DNA of 64,000 nt, taken from NCBI GenBank assembly GCA_001949185.1, contig BDGG01000002.1, positions 3,958,448 through 4,022,447 on the forward strand, in the 5' to 3' direction. The notes below the pieces were generated by a model that ran no database searches, was not told the DNA's origin, and saw only the letters and a program-made list of their open reading frames with translations. How positions within the stretch are numbered: the stretch's first letter is position 1; each line of letters begins with the position of its first letter. The position numbers were made by a program, and so were the translations under genes. This document shows positions 42,755 through 55,937 of this stretch, one piece after another. Origin of the DNA: Ramazzottius varieornatus. Lineage: Eukaryota > Animalia > Tardigrada.

Positions 42755-42849
42755 CAGGGCAAACTGCTATCCGTTTTGTATCTATTGTATTTATTTTTCA
42801 GGGCAAACTGCTAAACGCCTCCGTTTTGTATCTATTTGTATTTATTTTT
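42755..42849. repeat. Two-copy tandem duplication (about 44-51 bp unit)
   Basis: cagggcaaactgcta...tccgttttgtatctat(t)tgtatttatttt occurs twice, starting at 42755 and 42799. Confidence 0.85.
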
Positions 42850-43320
42850 CTGCCTGCAGACGGTATTATTTTTCGTTGACCATTCACTAACTGGTAAGAG
42901 TGCCTCTAGAATCGGCCTTATTTTCCTCGCAGGTTGTTATTTATTTTCCCTCGTATCTGGACCTCAAGTGGATTTTTTCTATTTGTTTTGTTTTCTACTT
43001 GTGTGTTTTCCCTTTTGCACTTATCTGTTTGACTGTTCCTTGAAAATTAGCGCAGCTTTGTACAACAGCAACTTCTTGTTCGTGATAAAACGATAAAATA
43101 CCAATTCGAGCTGGTATGCTGTGCAATGGGGAACCAAGAGTAACGACTAAGTCAACGGCAGCCCAGGAAGTCCGAAGGATAAAACGACAAAATAAGCTAC
43201 GGCAAGAAGATTAGCAGTACAGTGCCGACATGGAAAGACCACATCGCAGAATTATGCCAGAATCTGGGATCGACTTGTCAGTAGAGACACGGGTTCGAGG
43301 ACAAGAGACATAGTCATTCT

Positions 43321-44621
43321 CTAGAAGGCGAATATCATGTCTTCCGTGTAGTGGAGAGAGCGAAGATCTGCTTTACAGGCGTCAACCATAGCTTTGGGTC
43401 CACAGAGCAATACTAAGAAAAGAAGGCGGACATTGTAACTTTGTTAAACAGTCACCAAGACTTGAACAACGAAGAGACGTACTTAGTACTGATCCTTCCG
43501 GCTTGGGCATCCAGTCCCTCAAGAGCTCCGCGCCAACCATGCCCACGCCGTACTTCCAGTCTTTGCAAATGGGTTGATCAACGGTATACCATACTCTTAG
43601 CCGATGCCTGTGTTTGGAGGCCATTTTCGTGAGTTCGTCCCCTAATATTATGTCTTTCTCTGTCTTGTTTGTTGACAACAGAGAACATTTGGGCGTTTCT
43701 GACTTTTCGTTGAGCATTTTATGAAGAATAGGGATCATGGCGCTCACACCCGAACCACCAGCGACCATCCCTGAAAACACACACCAAACCGATACAAAGT
43801 TTAAAATTTTTCGTGATGAAACGCCACAATAATGTTCAAAACGGGGAAATAGATCGAGCAGATGTTACCTATTCTTCTGACGGTCTTCGATATAGGACTC
43901 GACTTCGGATTTGCCTTGATATCGAAAATACCGTTTCCCATATACATAATCAGACCAGCTGGTCCGCTTATCGATATCTCATCGCCTATTTTGAGATGCT
44001 CAAGGTACTGAGACATGGCACCACCTCCAGGAAACTCAGGTGTCGGAGGGTAGATTTTGACAAGCAAATCCATATGACCTAAAACAACAACCATAAGCTA
44101 CTCAATGGTACTGCGAGCCAACTTTCGGCTCGCAGGTTCCATTTGGAAACATGATTAGCAAAATGCAAGCAAACCCATTCAAGAGAAGGGTTATCTTCAA
44201 GCTGACCTCTATCATCGTGTTCTCCATCAATAGGCGTGTAAAACCGTGTTTCTGTTTTTCCGTTGATATCAGCGGTAACAGCCAGGAAGTTCCCAGGCGG
44301 CACACCCACAGTGTGATGCGGTGTGGGTAGAGCAAAGCGTAGTCGACGAGTATCGGCAGTCACGGCTTTCTTCGAAATAAGTTTGACTTTGACAGGAGTA
44401 TCGATACCTTTCAAAGTTTGAACGTCGGCAGTATAATGCTCTCTTATACAACGATATAATTTATAACTGACAAACAATCCCAATCCCCCTCCAATAACGC
44501 CAACAGCAATTTTGGCATTGTGCTTTTTCTGCGGTGTATCTAAGATTTTGTCGGCATTGCGCTGGAATGAGTCCCTGATCCAGGTTGGGTCGTAAAACTT
44601 TCTCGCATCAGGGGTGCCCAT
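43321..44621 (-). CDS. CYB5R: NADH-cytochrome b5 reductase, membrane-anchored, multi-exon
   Basis: N-terminal TM segment, RLRFALP, TRFYTPI (RxYT), DLLVKIY..GGAMSQYL, MVAGGSGV, LLCGPKAM; ends ...MIFAF*. Confidence 0.92.
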
Positions 44622-46597
44622 GGCTGACGAGAGGTACTAAGTACTACTAGGAAGGTAATTTAGAACGCTTCATGGTCTGGCAGGCTTCGAAGAGTGATGT
44701 CAAAGGTTGCCATGCACAGAGCCTTCGTTGCCATGTTTCTTCCTCCATTTGCTCTTTCCAGACCCTGCAAGAACCTTGGAACTATCGGAGAGAGAACAAG
44801 GAAGGTTCCTGTATCCCTTGCCTGTCGAATCGGAACGAGGAATACTTGACGGAAGGGAAATGCAAAGCCGTTCCTGACCAAATTGTCATATAACAGCTAT
44901 CACCTATTGATATGATGGAATACTTCTAACTTCGCGTTTCACGTCTTTGTTCCGTCGCTTCCGGCATTCGCTGACACGCTCTCAAAAGAGACGCAAACTT
45001 TGACGGATGGAAATCCAGAAAAGGCAACAAATTTCTCGGGAGATGACTGGCCCCTCGTTTAAATTCAGCGACCCAGGAGCTGACACACGCTTCCGGGGCT
45101 TAGGGCACGAGTTAGCGCAGCCTGCTCGAATGCCCTTTGGGCCAACCCAAGGCGTGCCTCCACGCCACGGGGTTATTTAGTCACTTTTACAAAAATCCCG
45201 AAAAACATTCGCATCGACCATCGATAAAAGACTTACTGTACGTATTAGTCATAGGACGTGGAAAATCGAAACTTCCCACTCGCACTCAACTCTACATTCC
45301 TCGGACTTACGTTATTGTTGTTCAACTTCTTCCGTGCCTCCGCGGCTTTGCCAGCAGGTATTATTGAGGAGTTCCGCCGTCTTACTGCGTCGTAAAAGTG
45401 ATATGGTGATCCACAACCTGGCCGCATTCATGCGATGACAACCGTGCTGATCTCTGCGTTCTGCTCCACTGCTCCGTCAACATCTTCTGCAATCTGACGC
45501 CATTCGGTCTATGCAGTTGACTTCTTTTCGGATTTCTTTTTTTCCACGCTTCTCCCCAAACGTAAGTGGACTGTTTAACCTTTTTCTTACCTGCAAATGG
45601 GTAAACAATTTGGGTAGTTAATTTTGGCGAGTGGTAGGACTAGAAAGAATGAAGATGGAAAAAGCGTTTGTTTTTGCTGCAAGTTAAGGTTGTGCGCAGC
45701 AGTTTACTCTGCGCAGGCTCAGTGCGCATCTGTGCACTGTGCTTATTAAGACCGGCCCAGTCTTCCAGGACGCCCAGAACCCGCACTTACTGGCGTCCGT
45801 CTGCAGTCTGCGTGCTTCATACAATGGGCATGGGTGGCACCGTGGTTCAGTGGGTGATTGTGCTTAGTGATAATTGGGATTGCACTGTTTGCGTTGCTTG
45901 ATTGAGCAGTTATCGAGGTTGACGTTCTTCAGCTGATGAGCGCCTATTTTGGTGCCAGGTGAACCATCCTAAGTTAACTACAGTTAACTACTATCTCTCG
46001 ACGTCTTCAGCATTTATCTCGATGACGCCCGTTATCTCCGCACTGCTAGTAGCTCATTAGGAATTCCGAGGTCGATGTTTGAGTGGAGTAATGCGCTATC
46101 TGACCGTTCAAGCGGTAACGAGCTCGTAGTTTGAAACCTGAAAGCGCCGACACTCGACACTGGCTTCAAGTTCCATCGTGATCGGTAGTTTCTCCAAACA
46201 ATTCGTCTGTTTACCCTTCATTGTGTTTTCTACAGGTACTCACGAAAATCCCAAGTGGATCATTGACGGGTGTTGCTCGTTGCTAATATCTCCATCTCTT
46301 TGATTTCAAGGACGGTTGCGGAATTTCATAGCGTACTCAACGGTCACATCGATTCGGACACATCGATTTTTGTTTCAGGTAAATGCTCGTGGTACTCTAT
46401 ACTGAACCAGTAGTTTGTGTCATCCTAGACGAGAGATCGATGATAGCCTGGTATTTATTATTGAGCGTTTAATGGGGTTGTTTTCGTGTCATTTTGACAC
46501 GGGGAATATTATCCACTGAAAACTCTATAATTTCTGTCCACATCAATCTCCCGCTATCAAGAGTTAAGCGCTGCATATTATCTTGCTCTCTTTCCAG

Positions 46598-48466
46598 ATG
46601 AATATGGATCGTTCAAGAAGCGCGAGGATGGTAGAAAAAGCGCCGGGATTAATATCTGTTCAAACTTATGGTACGTACCCAAAGCGTCAGTTTCGAGCAA
46701 AAAGTTGATAATTATGCGCATCTTGATCCGATACACCACGTTCCATGCGATGATATGACGTTCGCTAACCGCAATAACATCTTTACATCTTTACTTTACG
46801 CCTCTTTTATGTTCAACCGCAGAAACGGCTTCTCGTGCCATAAATGGCCACGATAAAATCAAGCCCGAAAAACCGGTGAAGCCGCCAACGTTATCGTCAA
46901 GTTCACGCCCAGATACAGGTACACCTCTACTCATTTTGTTTCTGTTTCGCAAAATTCGTGAGCTTGTTTTCGCATTGCTTAGTCTCAGCATCCTTTTCTT
47001 GGTCATATTTAAAATCAGGAAAACATTCGCTCGATTTATGAACCAGCTTTTTGATCGTTTTTTAGGAGATAGTACTAGTCGACTTCCGGTTCCCGGTTCT
47101 TCAAGACCTCAGACTCGTTCCCAAACCGCTCTGGTCAGTTCGCGCTCGATAAAGTCACTTGTCAACCCGGCTGTTTCCTCCTCACGCTCGGAAAAGCCTT
47201 TGATACCTGCCGTGACGGAAATAGACTCCAAAGCGCCTGCGAAGCCCGTCGCGGTCGATGGAGCGGCTCTACCGAAAAGACCCCGTAAGTTTCAGCCTTC
47301 TCGGCGCGCGTCAGCATCTGTTGCATCCACTCCTTGAGTATATTTAATCTGTCTCACGCTGTCTTACAGCTCGTGGTTCGTTCAATCCTGATCGATCGAG
47401 GAAAGATCAGATCAAATACTTCCGTGATCTCATTGACGACACGACGCTGCACATGTCCACCATGGCTGACAAATGGGAGCATGTCCTGAATAATCCGTCG
47501 AGCGTCGCTCACGTCAGCGAAGAAGGTAGGTAAATTTACATTGGATTTGACTTGTTACAGCTGGGCGTTTCTAACGTCAATGTGTTTGGCTGTTCGTTCG
47601 TCTAGGCGTGGAGTTGATACGCTTGGCCGTAGGACAGTCGCGTCTCTTTCTGTCGAAAAAACTCCAACAGTTTGTGGGATTGGTGGATGACTGCGAGTTC
47701 CATCGAGGCGAACGCGAAACCTCACCCATGGATTTGGCTGGCTTTTGGGAAATGATCGATATGCAGGTAAATTGATCCACATTACCCAGCCGACGGCGGA
47801 TGTATGAAATCTGAGGCGAAATCGATCGTAGATAGAAAAAAATTTGTTTCTTTTATTGATACCCTCTCGTGTAACAGTACGTCTTCAAAAGAAAGAAGCC
47901 AAAAATGAAAAGCGGGTAACATATCTCAAAAAATATAGCAAAATTGCAATATTCGAATTATTAAATCATCAAATAGTTTTCCTGGAATTTGCGATCGGTT
48001 TTTTCATGAACGTAGGGCATCAGTAGAATATCTTCTCTGGAAGACGATGACGCTGTGTTTGACAGGTGGTGGATATCCATGCCCGGTTCGACAAAGTGGA
48101 AGCACTCGCGGCGAATAAGTGGAGACCGGAAGTGCCTTCAAAGTGCTCAATTGTTGGGAAGGCAAGTGCCGTTCCCGCCAAGAAAGTCCTGAAGGTAAAT
48201 CCTCTCCTCATCCTGACATCTTCGACGATCCGCGTACAATACAGTACCAGTAATCTCAGTCAACATTATGTTTGAATGATGGGTGCAAATGTTTTTAGCC
48301 GCTGAATATCAACGCGAAGCCGAAGGCGACAGCTGGCGCCACTGAACGGAGCAAGTCGAGCATTCGAGAAGCCATCGAACAGAAGCGAAAAGAAAAGATG
48401 GCTGCCACTTCTTCACATTCTTCCCAAGAATCGATCGAAATTGTTTCGAAGGAAAGTCCCTCTTGA
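46598..48466 (+). CDS. GKAP/SAPAP (DLGAP-family) domain protein, multi-exon
   Basis: FQQFVGLVDDCEF...TSPMDLAGFWEMIDMQ|VVDIHARFDKVEALAANKW is the GKAP homology signature. Short S/P-rich N-terminus; ends ...ESIEIVSKESPS*. The start may lie further upstream. Confidence 0.85.
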
Positions 48467-49531
48467 AGTTTTGTGGACGGTTCGTGAGTCTCGTCGAGTG
48501 TATGGAGTGTACCGTTGTACCCTGGTGTCTCGAAGAACCCGGCAACAGAGTCTTACGAGATACAGTCTCCCAAAGGTTTTTGAATTTAGTAGACAAGTTC
48601 TTCGAACATTCGATGTATTTTTTTGACGTTTGCGCGAAGCTTTGATTGTTTCCCACTCTTCAATTTCTCTCTTTTGCATGCAGCTTTTCTGTTAAGTTAT
48701 TCCTTTTTTAGCTTTTCTCCGTCCACCTTGAGCGATCTTGGTTACACTTTGACATCTTGATGTTACCACTCGAGGTCCCGAGCTCCATGTGTAATTAGCC
48801 GCGTAAGAACTTCTGTGCTTTCTGATTTTGGTCAGAGAGACAAGCAATATGGTTGTTACAGGTAACCTGATCAATTGGGGACTTCATGGGGAAGGTGGAC
48901 ACCGAACTTCCGCGTAAATTATCAAAGTCAACACCAACGTAGAGACTGCGCGAACTTACTTGAGTCAATAAATACCCACACCTGCGAATTTTGCGTCGGC
49001 TAATCCAACGCGGAAGCAAATATTATGTGGGACGATCTAATCATTGTCCAGCAAAAAGGCACTTCGTTTCCACAGCTCTTATGTTTCGTGCCATAACATG
49101 TCGGTTCTTGGCTTCTTGCCGCTGTTGAGCCGGATTCTATTCCGAAAGTCACATCCATGGGCGGCTGGGCCAGCATTTTCCTACGCACCCAATATCTACC
49201 AGAAGGTTTGCCACAATGGAGGATGGATCCAAGAATCCGGTTCTCAAAATAGGCAGAACGACCAACAAGATGTAAGTTGGGAATCAGAATGCGGGATCCG
49301 GCAAATCGTTACACATTAATTCGACGATTGACGCGATATGACATGACACCAAACTTGCTTGTTGACACGACTTACATAACACGAACTATATTAATTATTT
49401 AGGTTTGCGCAACGGGAAACTACGTTTGCAGGAAATTTTGCTATTCCTTCGGTCTTTGCTCGCTCTTGAAACGACCTACCGTCCTGTTTGTTATGTTGTA
49501 GACCAGCTCCAGCTGTCTAGGTAAGATTATC

Positions 49532-52500
49532 ATGGGAGACACATCCGTAACGGATGCTTCGTCGGCTGTGGGGGTGGACTCGTTCTTGTCGTCGGCTGTG
49601 AAGGATCTTTTCGTCACGGCCATCTCGGCATGCCGCGCATCGAACAACCCTGGCTTCGCTCAGCGAGTCGTGATCCGTGACCCTGATGGAAGCATCGGAC
49701 TGGACTTCACCAAGATGGCGAAGATGCTGCGAGGAGGTAAGCCGTGTTATCAAAGCGCACCTGTGCGCTTTAATTTGCTGGATTACCTTTTACCAGGGAG
49801 AGCGCGCATGATCTAACTTCATGCTGCGTTCTTCTCGCTGCGTATGTTCGGTGACGCCATGACGTCATGCGCATGTGGGGAACGGCGCATGTTGGTGCCG
49901 CGGAATGAGAGGGTCTTCCATACCGTATCAGCATTCAGTCTGCCGATCTTTGCAGATTTGCCAAATATGATCAGCTCGGACATAGACGAAATTTCAGGCA
50001 GTTTCAACAATCCGGCATCGAAATATTCCTCGTTTGGATACTTCAAGCGGCTTCATTCGATTATTGGACCTTTAGTACGGGAAGTCTTTCACTGCGCAAA
50101 GAACACCTCTGCCGCTATTATTGCTCCTCGTTTGATTTGGACTGAACGAGCTGATGTACGCTCCTTATCAGCATATAAGTAGAAATTTTGAGATGCGAGC
50201 TTTGATGATTCGATGTTGCAGGTCCTGGTCGAAGCCTTTGATCTTTGCTGTTCTCCACTTCCGGACAAAGTAAGCGTACTTTTGGCTCTCCAAACGACCA
50301 CATGCGCTGTCGAACGCGCTCTGGGAAATGTAAGAAGGTACCTGAGTCATTTAACATTGATCGGGTCCTTGAGGAGACTAACTACCACAGCTTTGCTTTG
50401 TATTTGTCTCATGTTACATCTTTTAGGTGATAGTGAGTGCAGGTGCTGGCTCAATCCCTTTCTTGCTGAAAGACATCCTTGGTCATCCTGTGCTGCTGGA
50501 AGTATTTGGCGAAGTTCCTGTAAGACCTTTAATGCGGCCTTTCACCACATCGTGTTCAGAGATAAAAAATGGGGCTGAACTTATTGCAGATTACCTTGCT
50601 AACTGCCTTGATGGGTCCGCCAAGCTCCCTGAACCTGCGCAACCTTGCATGGCATGGATTTCTTTCTCCAGAAGACATCGTTCCAGAGTGAGCAAGTTCT
50701 TTGTGTTTAATGTCCATGTGCGTTCGTCCAAAATGGTTTGCTTGCTCTTTCAGATGGGTTGTCTTTATCGTGATAGTGTTGAGCAGCATCCGCCCATTCG
50801 CGGATCTTTGCTCACTGGGTTCGGAGATCCTGCAACCTCGCTCCTCTTTACAGTATAAAGCTGACATGTATCCACAACATTTCCAGCTATATATGAATGG
50901 TATTTCGATTTCTTTAGTGGCCTTTTAGTAAGAAACCTCGCTATAGACAATTCAGCTGTTACGTATGATTCATTACAGGCTTGGATATGAGATCGCTCGG
51001 AGAGGATCTTTTCCGGGCTTTTCAGACCGCACCTGTTCCTGTGCAAAGCAAACCCGTCTGGACCAGAATAGCGGAAGAAATGGTCAGCAATAAGTGCGTA
51101 ACATTCCTTTCATAAACCATGCCAAGATTAATTTCACAGTATTCTCCTTCAACCGTGTTCTTCGCACAGAAGCTCCTGGACGGCCCTTCAGTTATTACTG
51201 CCACAGTTCGAGACTATTCTGCGGATAGTCTTTGCGCGAGTCAACAAACAGGAGTTTCGGGTTCTCACGGCTGAGGTTAGTGTACCTATTATATTACGAA
51301 GAAGACGATATAAATCTTCCAGTGGAAAAATTTGAGAAACTGTTGCCAGATTTCTTTTCGGTTATAGCAAGATGAATTCTTCACTACGTTTGACGAGGTC
51401 AGCCAGGATATTCACAGTATGCGCTCTACCATGGGGGCTGTTGAACAACTTCCGAGTGACGTCTTCTTGTTTTTACCTTGTAGATTCTGGCAGTAAACGT
51501 TGGTAGCGAAGAAAACGGAATCCGAAGTGTATTAGGCGATAAATATTTGGTACAAGATGGCTCGCTACTTCTATTTGACTTCCTATGAGGAAACTTCGTT
51601 TGTCACTCATGTGGGAATTATGTCTCGTAGATTTTTCTACTGGACCTCCTAATCTACCCGAAGGGTCCACGGATTCGTCATAGAATTAGCCATGGCGAAG
51701 TAGACGAGCAACACTGTCCGATTTACCTGATCAATGCAGTTATTGTCGCTGTCATCGGTGTACTGGCAAAGGTTTCTTCTCATGAACAATCTAGCAGTCT
51801 GGATCGGATCATTCAGCATTACGAGCCGCAGTTTCATCCTGTCGATGAGCTTCGGCGAAAGTACCAAAGTTTTCTCAGCTCTCTTCGCACTCTGGAAGCC
51901 TGGCCGACGATCGCTGGTTACTCAAGGTATGAAGAAACTCCCACGAAAATCATTGAAGAAATGGAATGATGGTCGAATGCAGTGTTTAACTGTTTAAACT
52001 TTTACAGATCGATACGGACGGAAGAAGCGTTTTCGGCAGCCTTCTGTGCCGTAGACAACGGAGCAGGATCTTCTTGGTTCGCCATGCTGGGCAACACGTT
52101 GAGAGATTGTCCTTTCGAATCGCTGTATCGCCCAGCGTCGGAGTGTCCCGTCACAAAGCTGATACACTCGATCATCGATAACGCAGACTTGTCAGTGGTC
52201 AACATCGGAGAGTTCCTTCGTATTCGACACAGTACCTATGTGAAGGACGGCAGTATACCTCGGCAGTCTGAGTCGAACTACCTTTCTCTAATTCAACTGT
52301 ACGAGTTCCATGTTCCTCCCAACGAAAGTGTTTGCTTTTTTCAACTGCGTTTTTCGTTGTAGGCTGCCGCCTTTGATCCAAGCATGGATGGAGACGTTCC
52401 TACAGACTCTCTGGCTGTTCCAGCGCGTGCAACGCGAGCCGGATCACCCAGAAATGGCGCGGTTTTTGACATGGTTACGGAAGACACTACAGGTGTGGCA

Positions 52501-52642
52501 GAATGTCGGGAAACTGTCGGCTTCTTACCGCAATGACTGGCCCAAGGTATTATCGTGGCTTGCCAGACTTTCTCCCCCGCCAACCCGCCAATTTGCACAG
52601 GTACGTCCCTTACCTGGAGGTCACCATGTCGTCCGCGAATAA
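49532..52642 (+). CDS. Uncharacterised multi-exon protein, probably alpha-helical
   Basis: A chain of exon-like segments bounded by GT/AG (49532-, ~50090-, ~50700-, ~50980-, ~51760-, 52009-, 52363-52642). No family recognised. The 5' end may start near 49098. Confidence 0.55.
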
Positions 52643-52663
52643 CTCCGCCCAGATCGTCTTCTC

Positions 52664-52710
52664 ACGTGGCGCACCTTCTCGGTCAGTGACAGAGTAAACG
52701 TGCGCCACTT
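52664..52710. repeat. Palindromic dispersed element (core), just 3' of the stop codon at 52642
   Basis: ccagatcgtc...ACGTGGCGCAC-N25-GTGCGCCACTT...gacgatttgg. Confidence 0.8.
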
Positions 52711-53889
52711 GAGGCGACGATTTGGGTGAAATCTTTAATTTGGCCGGCACCCCAATTTCAGTACCGTGGCGCTTGCAAGAAAATTCGTAGTTCGTCCATA
52801 TTATGCCCTGGGTTTTCTGGACTCTATGTATACACACTGTGTAGTGGTCCCACCTGGCGGTAATGCCGTATGTACGCGTGACGTCACGGCGCCGCAGTGC
52901 CGTCACAGGAAGGCCACCTTGTAAAGCCGAATGATAGCAAATGGTTATCATTCGGCTGGTTTCACCGTTTCTGCACATCCGTCTCACCGCGGCTCGCCCT
53001 CAAACGAATGACTAAAAATTCATTTGAATCATACCAGCTTGTTACATTCTGTAATAGCCGGTTTGCGAACATTTGTGGTTGTGCACTTGGCAGAACCAAC
53101 TGGTTATCCACGGTATGTCAAATCTTTCGACAGACTAATTTTAGCACAAAAGCTTCACACAATCGCTGAGGCATTCGTTTAATATATACGGAAGTAACGC
53201 TTCAAGTACCCCCTACTGTATACCTACCTGTTCGGTTTATCAGTTTCCCATGTACAGCACTTTAGTACGTACATGCTCGCCGTATGTGTCTATCACTTTT
53301 ATACACCGAACTACCCAAGTCTATTTCCGGCTGACGTGAGGTACAGTTAATCTCTCTGAGTAGAGTGTAGATGTCGGCACTGCAAGTCTCGACACGCAAA
53401 GGCGGAACGGCAGCAAAGCGCCGCACAAACCGGTCCTCCGTCACGTAACGCAAGTCATTGACCCGGAAATCCCAGACTGTACACACCCCCATGTCTACCA
53501 AATTCTCAAAATTAATTCTCCTTTCTCCCGCACGTGCTCTCCCCTTGTGGAATACCCTGACTAAGATGCAGCTCCAACTGAAATTACGAGGAAAGGAGAA
53601 CACAAATTTTTACCGTCTATTGATCCGTTCTCCTCTCAAAGCCTGGCGACTGCTAGCTTGAATTTGCATTTGCAGTTCGACCGATCAATTCGTTGGAATC
53701 GGAGGCAAGAGAAGGCTCAAGGGAAATCTTGATCTGCGGGCTGGCAGTGACGTGCTTCCGGGTTTGCTTGTAGAGCTCGACAAGGTCTACGAACGTTTGA
53801 GCTAGCGAGCCAACCTTCACATACATACATGCACTAGCTGGCTTCCGCTACCGGTCCGCCACAGTGAGCGATCAGTGCGCTTGAGCTAT

Positions 53890-55172
53890 TTAGGCGGACC
53901 TACGCTGCTGACACCAAGACCGCAAATGAAAGGTAGATCCGCTAGAGGGTGGAGCTTGGGGGCACAGAAACCGGCCAGCATGGGTTCGGCTATCGCGCCC
54001 CGATTGGGTACTACGTGATGATATGTGGCCTGCAATGCCAAATAGCCACTGCCTTTTCTGGTCACCATTACCCATTGCGCGGTCGTGACGTTGATACAAC
54101 GCGTACGAAGCGCCGTTCTTGTTGGTAAAGCTATCAACCGACTGCTCTGTATTGAAGGCTACGGACACTAGTGTGGCGCGTACTTGTACAGTACGCTGAT
54201 GGCCAACTGACTTGTCTTCCTGATTTCCATCTGAGTGTTGGTCCATTGGCGCAGCAAGATTGCGCCGTAGTCCATTGCAAGTCCATTTGATACCATTGGA
54301 TGGAATGACGCCTGACCGTATTGCTGGACTGTACACTGTACAGCCTGCGTGACCCGGCTCAACCCGCGCAGTACAGCCTGTCCTTGTACACCGAGAGTCC
54401 GGCCGAATATCTCCAATATCGACCTCGACGTTCGGGTGCTGGTCCAGCTTCACTTGATCATTTAGGAGAGTTGGATTTCTAGAGTCGTGTTGCAATCTGG
54501 GGCAAAGTCAGACCTACAGGAGAGTCACTGTGGTTTTGTCCCTTGATTGGTTGGCTCCTTCGTGTAAAAGTTAGTTTCGACAGTTAATGTTTTATACGAA
54601 GTGGTCTTTTCTGTTCTCATTATAGATTCCTCTTCTTCTTCTTCTGCCTCTTCTTTGAAGAAGTTCTTGGATGTACCTTCTTGACTTGGGCTGTTTGGTG
54701 CGGTGGCCGTGAAAACAATGGTTGTTTGGATTAAGACGTCCAAAATCAGCTGGATTACAGATGCTACACACCGTGATGTCCACCAATATTAAAGGTAAGT
54801 CGCTCTAAGAAGAAATTCCCCGATATTTTCTTCCGGACCGGATATAGCCTTTTTCATTCGGTCACGATGTAGACAAGACTCTGAGCTTTGGAAAAGCCGC
54901 AGGGATGCACTGTGTAATTTCGCCGTGACAGTCGGTTTTTTCTCAGCTGCGGTAAATGTTACAGACGCAGCCTTTAATGGCCGGCATCTCTGCACAGTTC
55001 TGACCCAGTAATGCCACATAGAGATGATATGATGGTCAGTCGTTCCGTCTTTTACGGTCAATTCAATGAATGGCGAGGGCTCAGGTGTCGAAGGTTCTTC
55101 CCAATGAAGTGCGCCAAACAATGGGGAAATTAGCCAAAGGGAGAGAAAGCATCGACTTGCGCGCCACAACAC
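53890..55172 (-). other. Possible secreted-protein gene or decayed gene
   Basis: Hydrophobic N-terminus CFLSLWLISPLFGA in ORF 54789-55172, a basic RRRRR segment, and a 200-codon ORF (53890-54495) after an acceptor-like tttgccccag. No clean splice model or ATG found. Confidence 0.25.
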
Positions 55173-55937
55173 GGTGTAGTCTTGTGGCTGTGGGAAGTCG
55201 AACGGCAGAGTTCATTCACCCTCACGTGTGAATCAGCTATACAAGGCCGTGCTCGCACTCAGGGCCGTGCCTGCAGTGTTCCGTTCAACCGTTTGCGCAC
55301 CTTGATCTTCACACTCGTTTGAGTCGTTTCCTCAATTAACCCACAGAATAATCATCCCCCAACTTCAGTGAACTGGTTGTCTTGATTTTCTTTTGACCGC
55401 ACTGACTACAAAATTTATCCCGGGCTCGGCTTCGACAGATAAGACTGTCCCCAGTGCTCCAGTTTCTTTCTAAGCGAATACCGTGCACGCGTCTCGCGCG
55501 AAGAGACGAAACACCAAATTTCACCAAAACCACCCGAAACCGTAGAAAAAAATTTCCAGCGTGCTGGGGCTTTGCTGACCGCTGGTTATTAGTGTTGCTT
55601 TGGTGAGAAGACCGAGGTACATGCAAACAAAAAGACCCAGACCCGAAAGACCAAAAGCTGAACCTGGGAGGTGAACAAAACTGAGTGATTGTATACACAA
55701 AGAGGACGGTCGTACGCAGAGTGTTAAGCATATCTGTCCTGTGTTTTAATTCATGGTTTTCACAGAAAATATTTCACACGGATTTGAGCGAGAATTCTGA
55801 AAAGGTGTACGTAGGTGCATGATGAAAAGAATTAGCTGCGGTTAGTCTCTAGGAGGGGTATGTCACGAACTGGTCCGGGAATGAACGGTTCCGGCCTGAG
55901 ATAATGCTCTAGAGAGAAGTGCGATATGTCGGGAGTA

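Noticed and set aside
53890-55172. TGF-beta precursor (prodomain-like SASLRLF plus furin site)
   Set aside because: No cystine-knot pattern (no W..W, C.G.C or C.C) in any downstream frame I read.
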